Origin: Candidatus Latescibacterota bacterium
Lineage (GTDB): Bacteria > Latescibacterota > UBA2968 > GCA-2709665
DNA length: 64,000 bases
Assembly (NCBI GenBank): GCA_965226795.1
Contig: CBDDDZ010000005.1
Span: 640,001 to 704,000, forward strand
Reading direction: 5' to 3'
The translations under genes and the position numbers were made by a program. A model generated the notes under the pieces. That model did no database searches. It was given only the letters and a program-made list of their open reading frames with translations, and had not been told where the DNA came from. Within the stretch, counting starts at the first letter, position 1. Each line of letters starts with the position of its first letter. Below, piece by piece: positions 28,941-38,813 of the stretch.

Positions 28941-31469
28941 TTACGCAGCAAACTGGTTCAAAGGTACGTAGTCTTTCACGTATTCAGGGACGAGTTCACG
29001 GTATTTCTCGGGCACGGCGCGCAGGTCCTGCATTGAGAGCACCGGGTTTGTGGCCAGGCCGGTGTAGTCCCGATTTTCGATGATGTGGCGGATTTGGTCG
29101 CTGGTCACGTACGCCTTGAAGTAGTTCTTGATCGCGGGGATGGCCTCGACCTCTTCCGGTGTGTAGTCGGCCACGAACTTCGCGAATTCCTCCTCCAGCA
29201 TTTCGTCTCTGGATTTGAATCGCGGTATCAGCCCGAATACCTTTTCCAGAATCTCGCGCAAGGTGATGCGGCGGTCCACGGCCGCTGCCCGGCGGAGCTT
29301 TTCCAGGGTATAGTACTCTTCGGGCCGGTCGAAAACCTCATGGTTGACGTAGTCGATGACCCGGTCCCACTGACCGGCCTCGACGGCCGCGGCGATGACT
29401 TCGTCCTTACGCACGGTATCCTCGAATTTCTCGAAGAACATGCGGTCGATCTTCATCCCTTCCGAACCGACGGCCTCGACCTTGATCGTGGACAGGATGT
29501 CCCTGCCCAGGTACTCGTAAGAGCCCGCGTCGGATCCGGGCGATTCCGAGCCCTCTCTTTCGTGGGCATCCCTGTAGACAGGGAGTTCCAACACTTCGTC
29601 GTAGTTGAACTCGGTTTCGAAGTATTCGCAATTGGCGAAGAAATCGAACAGTTTGAACGCCGTCTTATCGGGCTGGTCCACGTCCTCCGCCAGGTTCGGA
29701 TCGTGCAACTGGTCGAGGAAGCTGTGTTTTCGCGTACCGCGTCCCTTGATCTGGATGAAGTCGGTAGGGGAGAAGATGGGGCGGAACAGCACCAGATTCA
29801 GGATATCCGTGCAATCGTACCCGGTTGTCATCATGCCGACCGTCACGCAAACCCGCGCTTTACTCGTCCGATAGGAGGGGAGGAAGTTGCTCCAGCCGAG
29901 CAGGTTATTGTTTGAATAATTGATGGTTAACCGTTGGGCATCCGAAATCTGCGACGTGACCTGCACGGCAAAGTCCGACTGATAACGGCCGGGAAACATG
30001 ACGTCGGCCATCAAGTTGAGGATCTGCGCCAGCCTTGACGCGTGGTTCTGGCTGACGGCAAAGACGATGGACTTGCCGACTTCGCCGCTCACGGGATCCC
30101 GCAGCGCGTTCTCCAGGAAAGTCTTGCAGAAAATCTGGTTGGTCGCGTCGGAAAAGAAGCGCTTTTCGAACTCGCGCTGTTTGTAGGCTTCTTCCTGTTC
30201 TTCTCCCTCATCGTCCGTAAAAGATACGACGAATCCCTGCTCCGAGAGCAACTCGGTCGTCACCTTTGTGCGTGCATCCACGACCGTCGGGTTGATCAGA
30301 TAGCCGTCCTTCACGCCGTCGAGCAGGGAGTACTTGAATGTGGGCTGCCCGCTCTCGCACCCGAAGGTGCGGTAGGTGTCCAGGAGCAACCGGCGTTCGG
30401 CTTCGCGCGGGTCCCGCGTGGCAGGACGCGTTTCGTTGAATCCCTTGAGATAGTCGCGGGGGGTTGCAGTCAGGCCCAGCTTGTACCCCACGAAATAGTC
30501 GAATACGGACCTGGCATTGCCGCCTATCGATCGGTGCGCTTCGTCTGAAATGACGAGGTCGAAGTCGGTGGGGGAGAAGAGGGACTGATACTTGTTGTTG
30601 AAAAGCAGCGACTGGACCGTGGTGACGACGATTTCCGCCGAGCGCCAGTCGTCGCGCCGCTCTTTGTACACCACCGTCTGGAAGTCCGCCGAAAGCAGGG
30701 CGGAGAAGACCTTGCGAGCCTGCTCTTCGAGTTCCAGCCGGTCCACGAGGAACAGAACGCGGGAGGCGTTTCCGGAGCGAAGAAATAACTTGATTACGGC
30801 GGCGGCCACCAGGGTCTTTCCCGTACCCGTGGCCATTTCGAACAGAAACCTGTCTCTGCCGTCTCTCACCGCCCGCTGCAGAGCATGAACGGCCCGGAGT
30901 TGGTAGGGGCGGAGTAAACTCAGTTTATTGGATTTGATGAAGCCGGGGCGCTCGGCTTCGTTTTTCCAGGCGGCTTCCGAAGCATAATTCGGCCGCTGGG
31001 TGAGCACAATGTAGTCCTCGCGGACCCGCTCATCGACCAGGCGCTGCGGGTTGGGCTGGACTTTGTTATAGTCGGTTACGGACTCCGGCGTGGGGAAGGA
31101 TGTGACAAGGTATGGATTACCACGGTCGAGGTCCCAGAAGTAGTGCAGATTTCCGTTGGAGAGGATAACGAAACGGCAGTTCTGCGAGCGGGCGTACTTA
31201 CGCGCCTGTTCCTTTCCCACAAGAGGATTCTTGTCCTCGGACTTGGCCTCCAGAACGACGAGCGGGAAGCCCTTCTCGTTCAGGAGGAGAAAGTCGATAC
31301 GACCCGTCGCGTTCTCGAAGTCGTCGCCCAATGCGTCCAGGTCCTCGCGCTTCAGGACGACCTTCTGTTCGACGCGAATGTTGCCGGGCTTGCCACCTTC
31401 GTCAAAGAAGCGCCACCCTGCCGCCTCGAGCATTTTGTTGATCTTTATTCTCGCCGCTGCTTCATTCAT
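28941..31469 (-). CDS. hsdR: Type I restriction endonuclease subunit R (EcoAI/EcoEI-like)
   Basis: IDFLL...LEAK nuclease motif, MATGTGKT, DEAHRS, LTATP, MMTTGYD, QIKGRGTR. Confidence 0.92.
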   Translation of the reverse strand: MNEAAARIKINKMLEAAGWRFFDEGGKPGNIRVEQKVVLKREDLDALGDDFENATGRIDFLLLNEKGFPLVVLEAKSEDKNPLVGKEQARKYARSQNCRFVILSNGNLHYFWDLDRGNPYLVTSFPTPESVTDYNKVQPNPQRLVDERVREDYIVLTQRPNYASEAAWKNEAERPGFIKSNKLSLLRPYQLRAVHALQRAVRDGRDRFLFEMATGTGKTLVAAAVIKLFLRSGNASRVLFLVDRLELEEQARKVFSALLSADFQTVVYKERRDDWRSAEIVVTTVQSLLFNNKYQSLFSPTDFDLVISDEAHRSIGGNARSVFDYFVGYKLGLTATPRDYLKGFNETRPATRDPREAERRLLLDTYRTFGCESGQPTFKYSLLDGVKDGYLINPTVVDARTKVTTELLSEQGFVVSFTDDEGEEQEEAYKQREFEKRFFSDATNQIFCKTFLENALRDPVSGEVGKSIVFAVSQNHASRLAQILNLMADVMFPGRYQSDFAVQVTSQISDAQRLTINYSNNNLLGWSNFLPSYRTSKARVCVTVGMMTTGYDCTDILNLVLFRPIFSPTDFIQIKGRGTRKHSFLDQLHDPNLAEDVDQPDKTAFKLFDFFANCEYFETEFNYDEVLELPVYRDAHEREGSESPGSDAGSYEYLGRDILSTIKVEAVGSEGMKIDRMFFEKFEDTVRKDEVIAAAVEAGQWDRVIDYVNHEVFDRPEEYYTLEKLRRAAAVDRRITLREILEKVFGLIPRFKSRDEMLEEEFAKFVADYTPEEVEAIPAIKNYFKAYVTSDQIRHIIENRDYTGLATNPVLSMQDLRAVPEKYRELVPEYVKDYVPLNQFAA

Positions 31470-31505
31470 GGATAAGGCTTCTCTGATGTCGTTTAACAAC
31501 ATTTA

Positions 31506-31844
31506 ACATGGATGGACAGGATGAACAGGATAGACTGTGATTACCGTGATTAGACTATGATTACTGTGATTAAGGCAGATGCGCGGGCAGGAAGACGAGC
31601 GAAATCCGATTCACCACGTGACCCACTGTTAAATGCCTGCGATTAGTTCGATTAAAGTGCAGGAATGGACTGGGTGGGTAGGGTGGGATTTCGGTTCGCG
31701 CGATTGTCAGGTTTTGGTCTTCATCCTAATATCCATAGTTTCCCGCTTCTCCGCCGCTTTTGCCTTTAATCACAGCCCATCATTATAATCACACGAATCA
31801 CAGTCGTTTCTTGCCTTTATCCTGTCTATCCTGTTTATCCATGT
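31506..31844. mobile_element. MITE-like composite repeat, copy B
   Basis: Inverted 26-nt ends (31506-31531, 31819-31844); internal blocks shared with 15938-16294. Confidence 0.7.
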
Positions 31845-31872
31845 TCCCCAGTTTGCGCCCTCTATGGTATTT

Positions 31873-32370
31873 CTACCAGCCCCCCACCTGCGTCCGGTCC
31901 ACAATATCCCGTGTCAGGATCTCGAACGCCGCGCCGAGGCCCTCCAGGCGAACCTCTTCCCGCTGGCCGGCTGCGTTGTAGATGCCGTATCCTTTCAGGC
32001 GCTTCTCCTCCCACAGCAACTTCTTGTTTTTCGCATCGTAGCAACTGACATCCAGAAAAACCGATATCTGGAACTGATCCTCCTGGCCGCGGTAGGTGAA
32101 GGGGTCGTCCCGCACCTCCACAATCGTGCCGCGAAGCACGATATCCGCACGGTCCTCGTCCATCACGCGCAGCGCCGCATCCTGCAGGAACGCCTGGATC
32201 AGGCTGTCCGTGAGCGCCTGCTGGATTTCCGGCTCCAGGCTTTCGTTCTCCATCAGCGGAATGGCCACCGAACGAAAACCCGCCCCGCCGGTGGCCGATG
32301 TCGAATAGTACGCGCATCCGCCCAGCCAGAGCAGCAACAGTGCCGTGACAGGAAGAAGAGAACGGTTCAA
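31873..32370 (-). CDS. LptE-family lipoprotein
   Basis: Lipobox LGGC after a signal peptide; VAIP..EN.S, AD.VL.G.I pattern. Confidence 0.78.
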   Translation of the reverse strand: MNRSLLPVTALLLLWLGGCAYYSTSATGGAGFRSVAIPLMENESLEPEIQQALTDSLIQAFLQDAALRVMDEDRADIVLRGTIVEVRDDPFTYRGQEDQFQISVFLDVSCYDAKNKKLLWEEKRLKGYGIYNAAGQREEVRLEGLGAAFEILTRDIVDRTQVGGW

Positions 32371-32783
32371 TCCGACTCCTCCTTCGACTCCGCGGACGCC
32401 TCGTCCTTCGGCGCCTCTGCTTCAGCGGCTTCGGCAGCGTCGCCGCCGTTTTTCTCCGCGGGCGCATCGGCGTCGGCCGTGGGCGCTTCGGCCTCGTCCG
32501 GTACTTTGTTAACCTCGTCGATATAATTCATCCTCAATTCGTAAAGCGCGTGTTCCAGGAACTTCTGTTCGTTGTCGCTGAGATTGCCTTTCGTTTTCGC
32601 CTGCAGCATTCCAAGTATGTCAATGGTGTTTTTTGCCTGGGCAAGGTCCCGTTCCACCTTGTTGGTCGCAGGGTTCATCACCTTGCCTATGTGCTGCCAG
32701 GCCGCCCCCTGAAACATCAGCACAACCTGCATGAACAGAAACTCGTTAATCTGCTCCTGTGTAATCGGCTCGCTCTCACCCAT
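32367..32783 (-). CDS. DUF1844 family protein
   Basis: G...NP.T......L..AK.TID.L.ML..KTKGNL...E...L...LYELRMNY. Confidence 0.85.
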   Translation of the reverse strand: MGESEPITQEQINEFLFMQVVLMFQGAAWQHIGKVMNPATNKVERDLAQAKNTIDILGMLQAKTKGNLSDNEQKFLEHALYELRMNYIDEVNKVPDEAEAPTADADAPAEKNGGDAAEAAEAEAPKDEASAESKEESD

Positions 32784-32830
32784 GTCAACAACCTCCTTGA
32801 AATAAAAGATTTAGGGGCATGGACTACCAC

Positions 32831-32910
32831 CTTTTGCCTCTTGCTTCTTACGTCTCACCTCTTACATTTAACCGCTTTTTCCGTCTCACGTCTTGCTTCT
32901 CACGTCTCGC
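32831..32910. repeat. Degenerate heptamer tract (reverse orientation of the 7646-7719 type)
   Basis: Minus strand GCGAGAC-GTGAGAA-GCAAGAC-GTGAGAC ... GTAAGAG-GTGAGAC-GTAAGAA-GCAAGAG. Confidence 0.6.
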
Positions 32911-33532
32911 CGTGTAACGCGGTTTCAAGCCGCGCTATCGCCGATTCAGCGTTCGCCCATCCGCGAACGATGTCGATCTGCGCGTCGCCCCGCTTCACGA
33001 CCACGCTTGGAAACTCCCGTACGGCCATTGAGCGGCGCAGGTTGAAGCCCTCCTGCAATAGCGCTTCGATCTCAGCCGATCTGATATCCCTCTCAAACCG
33101 ATCCACGTCCAGTGACGGTGACAGCGTCCCGGCGACCGCCGTCAGCGTTTCGATATCCGAGGGGTTCCGCGCCTCCTGGTAATACGCCCGCTGGATGGCG
33201 TCGAACATATCGGGCACGGCGTCTTCACGCTGCGCCCTCGCCGCCAGCACCGCACGGCAGGCGGGGTAGGTCGACCGGCGGGGTTTGCATTTGCGCCAGA
33301 AGTCCCAGTTGAATTCCGCCCGCGTCGTTGCCGTAACGTCCCGCCAGTTCCGCTGCACGTACGCGCGCGTCTCGTCCGGCATCGGATCGTCCGAATCCCT
33401 CGCAAGCCCGCCCATCACGTACATCACCGGAACAGCCTCCGGAAGGGCCGAAACGATCTCCTGCAGCACCGGCCTGAACCCCCAGCACCACGAACACATC
33501 GGGTCTGCCACGTAATAAAGTCGGGAATTCAT
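32900..33532 (-). CDS. DsbA family (thioredoxin-fold) protein
   Basis: YVADPMCSWCWGF and cis-Pro EFPS. Start taken at MNSRLYY. Confidence 0.88.
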   Translation of the reverse strand: MNSRLYYVADPMCSWCWGFRPVLQEIVSALPEAVPVMYVMGGLARDSDDPMPDETRAYVQRNWRDVTATTRAEFNWDFWRKCKPRRSTYPACRAVLAARAQREDAVPDMFDAIQRAYYQEARNPSDIETLTAVAGTLSPSLDVDRFERDIRSAEIEALLQEGFNLRRSMAVREFPSVVVKRGDAQIDIVRGWANAESAIARLETALHGET

Positions 33533-33876
33533 TTTTCGTTCCTCTCGAGGCTTCGTACCGGAAGGCGAGCCGTGTCGATGGGACCGGCTTGAATCGGCGT
33601 AAACGGAACGGCGCTTGACACCGGCTGCAACATTCCCGGCACGGGTACATGGGTACAATATTAAAGACGCAGGCTGAAAAAGGCAAGCATATCGACCCTG
33701 TCCATGGCTGCGCAATGTCGATCCTGACGGCCATTCCGCCGGCCCGATAAAATCCGCTTGCGCCTGCATATCACTTGTGAGTACGTTTCTCTTGAATTTT
33801 CTTGCCAACCCCGTCCCGTACCGGGGTTCGGTGTCGGAACAGCGAAATCGGAAAACATACAAAAAGGAGGTCGCCC

Positions 33877-34341
33877 GTGAACGTGGAAGTCACAATTAAC
33901 GGCGAGCGACACAGCCACGACGTGGAGCCCAGGCTGCTGCTTGTGCATTATCTGCGCGACGTTGTCGGCCTGACAGGTACCCACGTAGGCTGTGAAACCA
34001 GCCTCTGCGGCGCCTGTACCGTGATGCTCAACGGGCAGGCGGTCAAATCCTGTACCCTGCTAACGGTACAGGCGAACGGCGCCGAAATCACCACCATCGA
34101 AGGTCTGGCCGAAAACGGCGAACTGCATCCGGTCCAGGAGGGCTTCTGGGAGTGCCACGGCCTGCAGTGCGGTTTCTGCACGCCGGGTATGATCATAGCC
34201 GCCCACCAGCTGCTGCAGCGCAACGCGCGGCCCACCGAGGCGCAGATCCGGCGCGGTATCGAGGGCAACCTCTGCCGCTGCACCGGGTACCAGCACATTG
34301 TGGACGCCGTCCAGTACGCAGCCAGAAAAATGAGACCCTAA
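33877..34341 (+). CDS. coxS: Molybdenum hydroxylase / CO dehydrogenase small (2Fe-2S) subunit
   Basis: [27 protein letters not shown] start with AGGAGG. Confidence 0.92.
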   Translation: MNVEVTINGERHSHDVEPRLLLVHYLRDVVGLTGTHVGCETSLCGACTVMLNGQAVKSCTLLTVQANGAEITTIEGLAENGELHPVQEGFWECHGLQCGFCTPGMIIAAHQLLQRNARPTEAQIRRGIEGNLCRCTGYQHIVDAVQYAARKMRP

Positions 34342-34354
34342 AAGGAGGTCTTCC

Positions 34355-36685
34355 ATGCCTGTCAGCAAGTCAGTAGGCGCCAGAATCAAGCGCAGGGAAG
34401 ATCCCCGGTTGATTCAGGGCCTTGCGGAGTACGTAGACGACATCCAACTGCCCGGAACGCTGCACGTCGCCGTCGTCCGCAGCCCGTACGGACACGCGCA
34501 CATCCGGGGCATCGACACCGCCGCCGCCGCAGGCCACCCCGGCGTGGCCGCCGTGGTTACCGGCAACGATCTCAAAGACAATATCGGCACCGTTCCCTGC
34601 GCCACCACCGATCCCGTAGCCTTTCCCGGCATCCAGGTCCCGGAGCATCCGGTTCTGGCCCATGGCAAAGTGCGTTTCGTAGGCGAGCCGGTCGCCGCCG
34701 TCGTGGCCGACTGTCCCTATACCGCCACGGACGCGGCCGAACTCATCGAGGTCGACTACGACCCGCTCGACGCCGTCAATTCTGCCGAGACCGCGCTCAG
34801 GGACGGCGCGCCCCTGCTGCACGAACAGTTCGGCAGCAACCAGGCCTTCACCTGGGCCATTACCGGTGGCGACATCGACGACGCCTTCGCCCAGGCCGAC
34901 CGTGTGGTCAGACAGCGCTTCGACCACCAGCGTCTGGTCCCGAGCCCCCTGGAGACCCGGGGCGTTGTCGCCCGGTTTCAACCCGGCGACGGGAAACTCA
35001 CCGTCTGGTCTTCCACCCAGATCCCGCATCTGCTCAAGACCCAGCTGTCCATCATTCTCAACCGGCCCGAACAACTCGTCCAGGTCATCGCCCCCGAAGT
35101 GGGCGGCGGCTTCGGCTGCAAGCTGAACGTGTACGCCGAGGAAGCCCTGGTGGGGTATCTCGCAATCCAGCTCAAAAAGCCGGTCAAATGGATCGAAAGC
35201 CGGCGGGAGAACTTCCTGCACACGATCCACGGGCGCGACCAGATCGGCGACGTGGAAATCCCTGTCAAGAACGACGGAACCATCCTGGGCCTCAGATACA
35301 CGGTGCAGGCCGACGTGGGCGCCTACTATCAACTACTGACCCCCGCCATCCCGACCCTCACCGGATTGATGCTCTGCGGCTGTTACAGGTTCCAGAACGT
35401 CTCCATGGAACTCACCGCCGCCTTCACCAACAAGATGGCCACCGATGCCTACCGTGGCGCGGGGAGGCCGGAAGCCACCTACCTCGTCGAACGCATGCTG
35501 GACTGCGTGGCCTTCGATCTGGACATGGATCCACTTGAGGTCCGCCGCAAGAACTTTATCGGCAAAGACGAGTTCCCGTTTACGTCCGGTACGGGCGTCG
35601 CGTACGACAGCGGCAACTACGACAACGCGCTGAACAAGGCGCTCAGGAAGATCGACTACGAGGGTTTCCGGAAGGAACAGGAAGAGGCCCGCGAACAGGG
35701 CCGGTACCTGGGCATCGGCTTCTCTACCTACGTGGAAATCTGCGGGATGGGGCCCTCGGCGGCCATGCCGGCAGGCGGCTGGGAAAGCGGCACCGTTCGC
35801 GTGGACCCCACGGGCAAAGTCACCGTTCTCACAGGGGTATCGCCCCACGGCCAGGGCCAGGAAACCACGTTTGCGCAACTCATCGCCGACGGACTGGGGG
35901 TGGACATCGACGATGTCCGCATCATCCATGGCGATACCGAAGCCGTTCAATACGGCATCGGCACGTTCGGCTCCCGCGCGACCGCGGTGGGCGGCACGGC
36001 CATGGTGATGGCCATGGAGAAGATTAAGGAAAAAGCCTTCAATATCGCCGCGCACCTTCTGGAGAGCAATCCTCAGGACATCGTCGTCGAAGACGGAAAA
36101 TACGGCGTCAAGGGTTCGCCCGACCAGGGCGTGACCCTGATGGAAATATCAATGGCCGCCCACGGGGGCGTGAATCTGCCGCCGGATACCGAACCGGGCA
36201 TGGTTGCCACCCACTTCTTCGAACCCTCCAACTTCACCTATCCGTTCGGCACCCACATTGCCATCGTGGAAGTGGACGGAGACACCGGCGAAGTGGCCAT
36301 CCTGCGGTATATCGCGGTTGACGACTGCGGCAAGATCATCAACCCGATGATCGTCGAGGGTCAGATCCATGGGGGCATCGCCCAGGGTCTGGGCCAGGCG
36401 CTTTACGAGGAAGCCATTTACGACGAGAACGGGCAGATGCTCACCGGATCGTTCATGGACTATGCCCTGCCCAAGGCGCACAACCTCCCGCGCTTCGAAC
36501 TGGACAACACGGTCACGCCTTCTCCCGTGAACCCCATGGGCGTCAAGGGCGTGGGAGAGGCGGGCACCATCGGCTCAACGCCGTCCATCGTCAACGCGGT
36601 GGTCGATGCGCTCAAGCCATTCGGCGTCCGCCATATCGACATGCCGCTGCGTCCTGAAAAACTCTGGAAGCTGATGCAGGCGTAG
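34355..36685 (+). CDS. coxL: Form II CO-dehydrogenase-like large molybdopterin subunit
   Basis: VGGGFG.K, active-site AYRGAGRPEA, HGQG.ET, KGVGEAG. Confidence 0.9.
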   Translation: MPVSKSVGARIKRREDPRLIQGLAEYVDDIQLPGTLHVAVVRSPYGHAHIRGIDTAAAAGHPGVAAVVTGNDLKDNIGTVPCATTDPVAFPGIQVPEHPVLAHGKVRFVGEPVAAVVADCPYTATDAAELIEVDYDPLDAVNSAETALRDGAPLLHEQFGSNQAFTWAITGGDIDDAFAQADRVVRQRFDHQRLVPSPLETRGVVARFQPGDGKLTVWSSTQIPHLLKTQLSIILNRPEQLVQVIAPEVGGGFGCKLNVYAEEALVGYLAIQLKKPVKWIESRRENFLHTIHGRDQIGDVEIPVKNDGTILGLRYTVQADVGAYYQLLTPAIPTLTGLMLCGCYRFQNVSMELTAAFTNKMATDAYRGAGRPEATYLVERMLDCVAFDLDMDPLEVRRKNFIGKDEFPFTSGTGVAYDSGNYDNALNKALRKIDYEGFRKEQEEAREQGRYLGIGFSTYVEICGMGPSAAMPAGGWESGTVRVDPTGKVTVLTGVSPHGQGQETTFAQLIADGLGVDIDDVRIIHGDTEAVQYGIGTFGSRATAVGGTAMVMAMEKIKEKAFNIAAHLLESNPQDIVVEDGKYGVKGSPDQGVTLMEISMAAHGGVNLPPDTEPGMVATHFFEPSNFTYPFGTHIAIVEVDGDTGEVAILRYIAVDDCGKIINPMIVEGQIHGGIAQGLGQALYEEAIYDENGQMLTGSFMDYALPKAHNLPRFELDNTVTPSPVNPMGVKGVGEAGTIGSTPSIVNAVVDALKPFGVRHIDMPLRPEKLWKLMQA

Positions 36686-36784
36686 GCTGTCTGCCCGGCC
36701 CATCGGGGGCAACGAAAACCGGGTGACGACCGGTTGAATGCGCTCGCGTGGAAGTTCAAATTTTCGATACCTGGAGAGATTACA

Positions 36785-37651
36785 ATGATACCCAGCCCAT
36801 TCGACTATTATGCGCCGAAGACACTCAGAAAGGCGCTCAGCCTGCTTCAGGAACACGGAGACGACGCGAAGATCCTGGCAGGCGGCCACAGCCTCATCCC
36901 GCTGATGAAACTGCGGTTCGCCTCGCCGGCAACCCTCATCGACCTGGGCGGTATCACGGGTCTGCGGAAGGTCGTCGCCGGAAACGAAACCATCTCCATC
37001 GGCGCCCTGGCGACGCACTACGCGGTTGAGAGCCACCGGCTGCTGAAGTCCAGGTGCGGCCTGCTCCCGGAAACCGCCTCGGCAATTGGAGACGTCCAGG
37101 TGCGCAATCGCGGTACGGTCGGCGGCAGCCTGGTCCACGCGGACCCGGCGGCGGACTGGCCCGCCACGATGCTGGCGTTGAACGCCGAACTCGACATCTC
37201 CGGCCCCGGGGGCGAGCGGAGCGTTGCCATCGGCGATTTCTTCGAAGATCTGCTCACCACCGTCATCGGCGACGACGAAATCCTCACCCGGATCCGCATC
37301 GCCACGCCGTCGGCCAACTCCGGCGGCGCGTACGTCAAGATGCACCAGTCCGCCTCGGGATTCGCCATTTGCGGTGTTGCCGCGCAGGTAACGCGGGACA
37401 ACGGCAGCTGCGCCTCGGTCGGCATCGGCATCACTGGCGTATCGCCGGTGGCCTACAGGGCTTCGGCCGTTGAAGCCGCGCTCCAGGGGGGGCCGCTGAC
37501 CAGCGAGACCATTTCGGCGGTAGCGGAAAAGGCCGCTGAAGGCGTCGAAGAGTTCCAGGAAGACCATCACGCATCGGGCGACTATCGCGCCCATCTGGCG
37601 CGGGTCTTTACCCGCCAGGCGCTTACCCTGGCCGCGGAACGGGCGGCCTGA
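36785..37651 (+). CDS. coxM: FAD-binding medium subunit
   Basis: LAGGHSLIPLMKLR, QVRNRGT.GGS..HADP. Confidence 0.92.
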   Translation: MIPSPFDYYAPKTLRKALSLLQEHGDDAKILAGGHSLIPLMKLRFASPATLIDLGGITGLRKVVAGNETISIGALATHYAVESHRLLKSRCGLLPETASAIGDVQVRNRGTVGGSLVHADPAADWPATMLALNAELDISGPGGERSVAIGDFFEDLLTTVIGDDEILTRIRIATPSANSGGAYVKMHQSASGFAICGVAAQVTRDNGSCASVGIGITGVSPVAYRASAVEAALQGGPLTSETISAVAEKAAEGVEEFQEDHHASGDYRAHLARVFTRQALTLAAERAA

Positions 37652-37756
37652 CAAGCCCGGGTCCATCGATTCGATGCAAGCGCGCCGTCGACGCAACCGC
37701 ACGTCTGGCGCGCGCTTGCGCGTACACACCCCACGGAGCGCGCGGAGGAGGCGCAT

Positions 37757-38266
37757 GTGAAAATCCAGGGCACCCATACGATCAATGCGCCGCGGGAACG
37801 GGTCTTCGAAATGCTCACCGATCCTGATGCTCTCGCCAGGTGTATACCCGGCGCCAGGGAACTGAAACGGGTCGATGAGAACATGTACGAATTGGAGATC
37901 AATGCGGGCGTCGGTCCAATCAGAGGCAGTTACAGCGGCACGGTTCGTCTGGAAGACCTGAACCCGCCCGTACACTATCGGATGATCGTCGATGCGAAGG
38001 GTAAGACCGGGTTTGTCAAGGGCGAAGGCAGCATCGATCTCGGCTCCGAGGGCGACGGAACGCAGGTTTCATACAGCGGCAACGTGCAACTGGGCGGCCC
38101 CGTTGCGGCGGTAGGCCAGCGCTTGCACCTGAGCGTTTCGAAGATGATGACACGACAGCTCTTCGGCGCCATCGAGGCCGAGGCCAATGCCGCTCCTGGC
38201 GAAACCGTGAAGCACGGCATCCTGCGGGACTATCTACGCGGCAAAAAGCCTGACGCCGGATTGTAG
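37757..38266 (+). CDS. coxG: CoxG / SRPBCC protein
   Basis: L.DP..L..CIPG, VGPI.G.Y.G, G..A.VGQR. Confidence 0.85.
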   Translation: MKIQGTHTINAPRERVFEMLTDPDALARCIPGARELKRVDENMYELEINAGVGPIRGSYSGTVRLEDLNPPVHYRMIVDAKGKTGFVKGEGSIDLGSEGDGTQVSYSGNVQLGGPVAAVGQRLHLSVSKMMTRQLFGAIEAEANAAPGETVKHGILRDYLRGKKPDAGL

Positions 38267-38373
38267 CGTTTCGCGCCCGGAAAGGCTCCGGCGATGACCG
38301 GCTGCCGCGCCGGAAAGACCCATATAAACGATGTACTTCATCTCACTTGCAATTTGCAGATCTGAGTTTCCGC

Positions 38374-38739
38374 ATGCCTCACATCGACTGGAAAGATATC
38401 CCTGTCAACGAACTGGCGCCGGGCGTGCGCATTCGGGCGCCCTATGGCGAGAATCTCATGATCTCGCTGCTGGAAATGGACGAGGGCGCGGTTGTACCGC
38501 TGCATCATCACCCGCATGAGCAGGGCGGCATTATGCTGGAGGGACGGGTCGAACTCACCATTGGCGACGTCACCCGTACGGTTGAGAAGGACGCCGCCTA
38601 TCTCATTCCGCCCAATGTCCCGCATCGGGCGGTCGCCGTGGACGGCCCCGCCGTGGTGCTGGACATCTTCAGTCCCGTCCGGGAAGACTACGTGGAACTG
38701 GGCAACCGCTACATCCCGCCGGACGACTCGCCCGGATAA
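38374..38739 (+). CDS. Cupin domain protein
   Basis: PLHHHPHEQ, IPPNVPH, DIFSPVREDY. Confidence 0.88.
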   Translation: MPHIDWKDIPVNELAPGVRIRAPYGENLMISLLEMDEGAVVPLHHHPHEQGGIMLEGRVELTIGDVTRTVEKDAAYLIPPNVPHRAVAVDGPAVVLDIFSPVREDYVELGNRYIPPDDSPG

Positions 38740-38778
38740 ACGCGCAGGCCGCCGTGTCGCAGAGCCTGATTCGAAAAC

Positions 38779-38813
38779 AAGAGAGGGTCGGGATTTAATC
38801 CCGACCCTCTCTT
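38779..38813. terminator. Perfect inverted repeat, probable bidirectional terminator
   Basis: AAGAGAGGGTCGGGATT-t-AATCCCGACCCTCTCTT between convergent genes. Confidence 0.7.

Noticed and set aside
15363..31844. 26-nt repeats as a CRISPR array
   Set aside because: Copies are degenerate, in both orientations and irregularly spaced (hundreds to thousands of bp), and there are no cas genes.
15363..31844. Integron cassette array
   Set aside because: No tyrosine integrase in the window, and no attC RYYYAAC...GTTRRRY structure recognised.
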